From Chiloscyllium plagiosum (lineage: Eukaryota), in the NCBI RefSeq assembly GCF_004010195.1, contig NC_057719.1, positions 9,282,037 to 9,331,881 of the forward strand: 49,845 bases of DNA, in the 5' to 3' direction. Below the pieces are notes generated by a model. The model was not told the DNA's origin. It worked only from the letters and a program-made list of their open reading frames with translations, and did no database searches. Below, piece by piece: positions 46,763-49,845 of this stretch. The number at the start of each line of letters is the position of its first letter. Position 1 is the stretch's first letter. Made by a program: the position numbers and the translations under genes.

Positions 46763-47824
46763 CCAAAGTTCTTGAACTTGTTGTCACTGATGGCACCCAA
46801 ATCTGCCTCACCGTTGCTGAATTACCAGGCTGCTGATGCAACATCTAAGACTGGATATGCGGAAATTCCTTCCAATTAAATAATACTGAAGCCATTTGGC
46901 CCTTGTTTTGATAAATTATATTCCCCATCCATCAACTCAATCCCTTTCCTTAGCATCTGTCTGATGCTGGAAACAAGGGAACGAGATTTTAGGTAATGCA
47001 TGTAGGTGTTTCGTTTGAGAGTAAAGATGCAGACATCAGCCACGACAAGTGTATTTGTTTGCATTCTTTTAAAAGAAAGAATGTCTCTCATCTTGTACGA
47101 AATGCAGTTGAAAGGAACAGGGGAGGTAACAAGCTGGTTCAAGTATAAACCTCATCAGTATGTAAATGTATTCTAATTCAGTAAACAATTAGGTAGTTAT
47201 TCAGTACAGGACACATATAATGATTTTTTCTGTTATACAGATAATAGCACCCTTGAGTGTGAAAGAAGACCACCAATTCTGGATGACAAGCAGATCATCA
47301 AACTCTTTGGTAATTAAAACTCTCCCCAAAAACCCGCCTTTCCAGCACAGATTGAATTACGAAATGCTGGCAGATAAAGTTCAAGAGATTAAACGTTTAT
47401 GTTTAAGGTTTTAATCAGTAACAACACGTAATCAAGACAATGCATTAATGTGTTATCCCAAGCCAAAGACGCTGTTTACATTACTGATTCGAGCTCTGTA
47501 ATTCAGAGATCAAAATGTCAGCCTATTTTCTCAGCTAAGAATGAAAAGAATGAAACTTTGTTGAGGATTACGTGTGCCCTGATTCACATTCATGATGTAA
47601 GGTTTTAAGAGCCAGAGCTTGTCACTCCTTGTTGAGAATCCAAAGCTTCCACATTCCTACGACGTGAAAGGAGACCATTCTGCCCATTTAAAGAACTATC
47701 CAATTACACACACCCACACGCACCCACACACAGGAGCTGGGGACATGAAATCTACGCTGGCACCTCATCATCCCGGTTTCCAAATCCATTTGAATCAAGT
47801 AGTACCTGGTCTACAATAACTGCT

Positions 47825-48510
47825 CACTGATGTCCAGACTGAAGGTGCATTTCTCCAGGGTCACACAGCTCCTGACCTCACTACAGCCTTGGCCCAAACA
47901 TAGCCAAGAGGGCTGAACTCCAGAGGTGAGATGAGCGCCGCTGACATCAAAGTACCAGAGCCCCTAGCAATACTGAAGACATTAGAAATGAGGGAAAATC
48001 AAAAGTGCAGTGGAATATTCTCCACTTACCTGGATGAGTGCAGTTCCAACAATACTCAAGAAACTCAATAGTTTCCCGGACAAAGCAGTCCATGTTTTTC
48101 ACATCAACATCCACCACCTTCAGTATTCACTCCCTCCACCACTGATGCTCTGTAACAGCTGTGTGCACTATCTACAAGATGCACCAACCCTTCTTCAAAA
48201 ACATCTTCCAAAACCTGATCTCTACCCCCTGGAGGACCAAAGGGAGCAGATGCATAGGAGTGCCATCACTTGTAAGTTCCCCTCCCAGTAGCCATACTCA
48301 ATCCCGTCATGTAACTATATTGGATTTCCTCCACTGTCATTAGGTCAAATCATGGAGTTCTCTCTCTAAGTGACATCATGAACATGCCTAGCCCCTATGG
48401 ACTGCAGTGGCTGAAAAAGGCCACTCACCATCACCTTCACCAGGGCAACTAGGAATGGGCAATCAATACTGACTTTGCCAGTGATGCCCATGGCCCATGA
48501 ATGCATCTTT
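47825..48510 (+). mobile_element. LINE 3' portion with internal deletions (family of 6960-7385)
   Basis: EYSPLTWMSAVPTILKKLN..DKA peptide; tail 'gggcaactaggaatgggcaat'. Confidence 0.8.
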
Positions 48511-48539
48511 AAAACAAAGACCTTTCTGAAGGGAAGGTG

Positions 48540-48850
48540 CTGGGCATAGTGATAATGCCACTGGGCTAGTAATTTTGAACCCCAGGTTCAAGTTCTGAGG
48601 AAAATGAATTTGAAACCGTCCATGACAGATAGTGAAATTTTAAATCAATAAAAATTAAGAAAGGTTGCATGTAACCACAGTCAGTTGTCAGAAAAGCCCA
48701 TCTGGTTTAGTAATGTCCTTCAGGGAAGGAAATCTGTCATCATCACTTGATCTGGCCTACATATGACTCAAGAAGTGTGCCTCTTGGCAATTAAGGATTG
48801 GCAATACATGTTAGCCAAGACAGTGATACTCATATCCTGTGAATGAATAA
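48540..48850 (+). mobile_element. tRNA-derived SINE, second family
   Basis: Matches the 2945 and 11250 copies. Confidence 0.8.
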
Positions 48851-49309
48851 TTTTACAAGACAATAAACCTCATTCTGTGCTTTCATGAGATGTATAAGTG
48901 ATGTTGGGCCTGTCATAATGTTACATAAGCAAGTCAGCGCAACATAATGGCTCAACTGAGTAAAATTTACATTTTTTAATATTTATTTTATAACAAGTAG
49001 AATGAAACATTTTGAGAAACAAAGAAAGAGATGGAATCAGAAAAGCTCGTTCAGCCTTTCAAATACACTCCTCCTACAAATTGGATGGATTTGATGCAAT
49101 GAAGGAAGGAACTCTTTTATATCTATTTAATTCGAAGAGATGGTTCTGTACAACTCCGGTCACCCACTTTTAATCAATTTCATGGCTCAACCTTCTCACA
49201 ATTGACAACTCTCTTGATCTCCCCTGGATCCAAATGGCACAACCATCACATCCTGAATTTTCTCATCTTTGCAGATCCATGACCCCACTGAGTGGCAGAG
49301 TAGGTTCAA

Positions 49310-49845
49310 ATGGGTAAAAGCAAAGGACTCACCTTCGTCCCCCTCCGTCCACGCATCAATGAATTTAATACACGCCGTGACATCGAACAATTCTTCCGTC
49401 GCCTCCGCCTCCGAGCTTACTTTCATAATCAGGACTCCCGCCCACCTTCCGAGGACCCCTTCGCCCACCTCCAACACACTGCATCCACCTGGACACCCCG
49501 CGCTGGCCTATTACCTGCCCTCGACCTCTTCATTTCCAACTGCCGCCGGGACATTAACCGCCTCAACCTGTCGACCCCCCTCCCCCACTCCAACCTCTCA
49601 CCCTCACAACGCGCAGCCCTCCAATCCCTCTGCTCCAAACCTGACCTCACCATCAAGCCAGCGGACAAAGGGGGCGCAGTGGTAGTCTGGCGCACTGACC
49701 TCTACATCGCTGAAGCCAAACGCCAACTCGAGGACACCTCTTCCTACCGCCCCCTTGACCATGACCCCACCCCCCATCACCAAACCATCATCTCCCAGAC
49801 CATACAGAACCTCATCACCTCAGGAGATCTCCCACCCACAGCATC
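49310..49845 (+). mobile_element. Penelope-like element RT ORF, N-terminal part, open to the window end
   Basis: My translation: MGKSKGLTFVPLRPRINEFNTRRDIEQFFRRLRLRAYF...SNLSPSQRAALQSLCSKPDLTIKPADKGGAVVVWRTDLYIAEAKRQLEDTSSYRPLDHDPT. It has the KGLxF and ADKG motifs of PLE RTs, no stop in 178 codons, and is CpG-rich. Confidence 0.9.

Noticed and set aside
46935..46988. Imperfect hairpin tccctttccttagcatc-tgtct-gatgctggaaacaaggga as a pre-miRNA
   Set aside because: The stem is short, the loop is only 5 nt, and neither arm matches a miRNA I know.
49196..49695. Three track ORFs over the right end
   Set aside because: Alternative frames or antisense of the true PLE frame beginning at 49310.

Overview
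Eukaryotic, repeat-dense non-coding DNA, most likely from a cartilaginous fish. This is inferred from HE1/V-SINE-type SINEs, DeuSINEs, CR1 LINEs and shark-type Penelope elements. I found no host protein-coding gene I can recognise, so the window looks like a large intron or gene desert. Nearly every convincing ORF in the track is a retroelement fragment. Contents: (1) a near full-length, disrupted CR1 LINE on the minus strand (about 12.4-16.8 kb, spanning a 584-N gap); (2) many truncated CR1/L2/Rex-Babar pieces and at least four SINE families; (3) many Penelope-like element (PLE) termini, often as foldbacks with 10-16 bp target-site duplications and carrying minimal hammerhead-ribozyme motifs, including a head-to-tail tandem pair at 7648-7726; (4) an uninterrupted PLE reverse-transcriptase ORF running off the right edge (49310 onward), absent from the ORF track; (5) three local inverted duplications that include non-repeat flanking DNA (1-48/814-861, 20595-21134/21915-22458, 39232-39400/40161-40565); (6) a degenerate telomere-like hexamer array; (7) several TE-free islands with Pbx/Hox/Meis-type motifs that may be conserved enhancers. 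Family names come from recalled consensus features, not database searches, and repeat boundaries are approximate.
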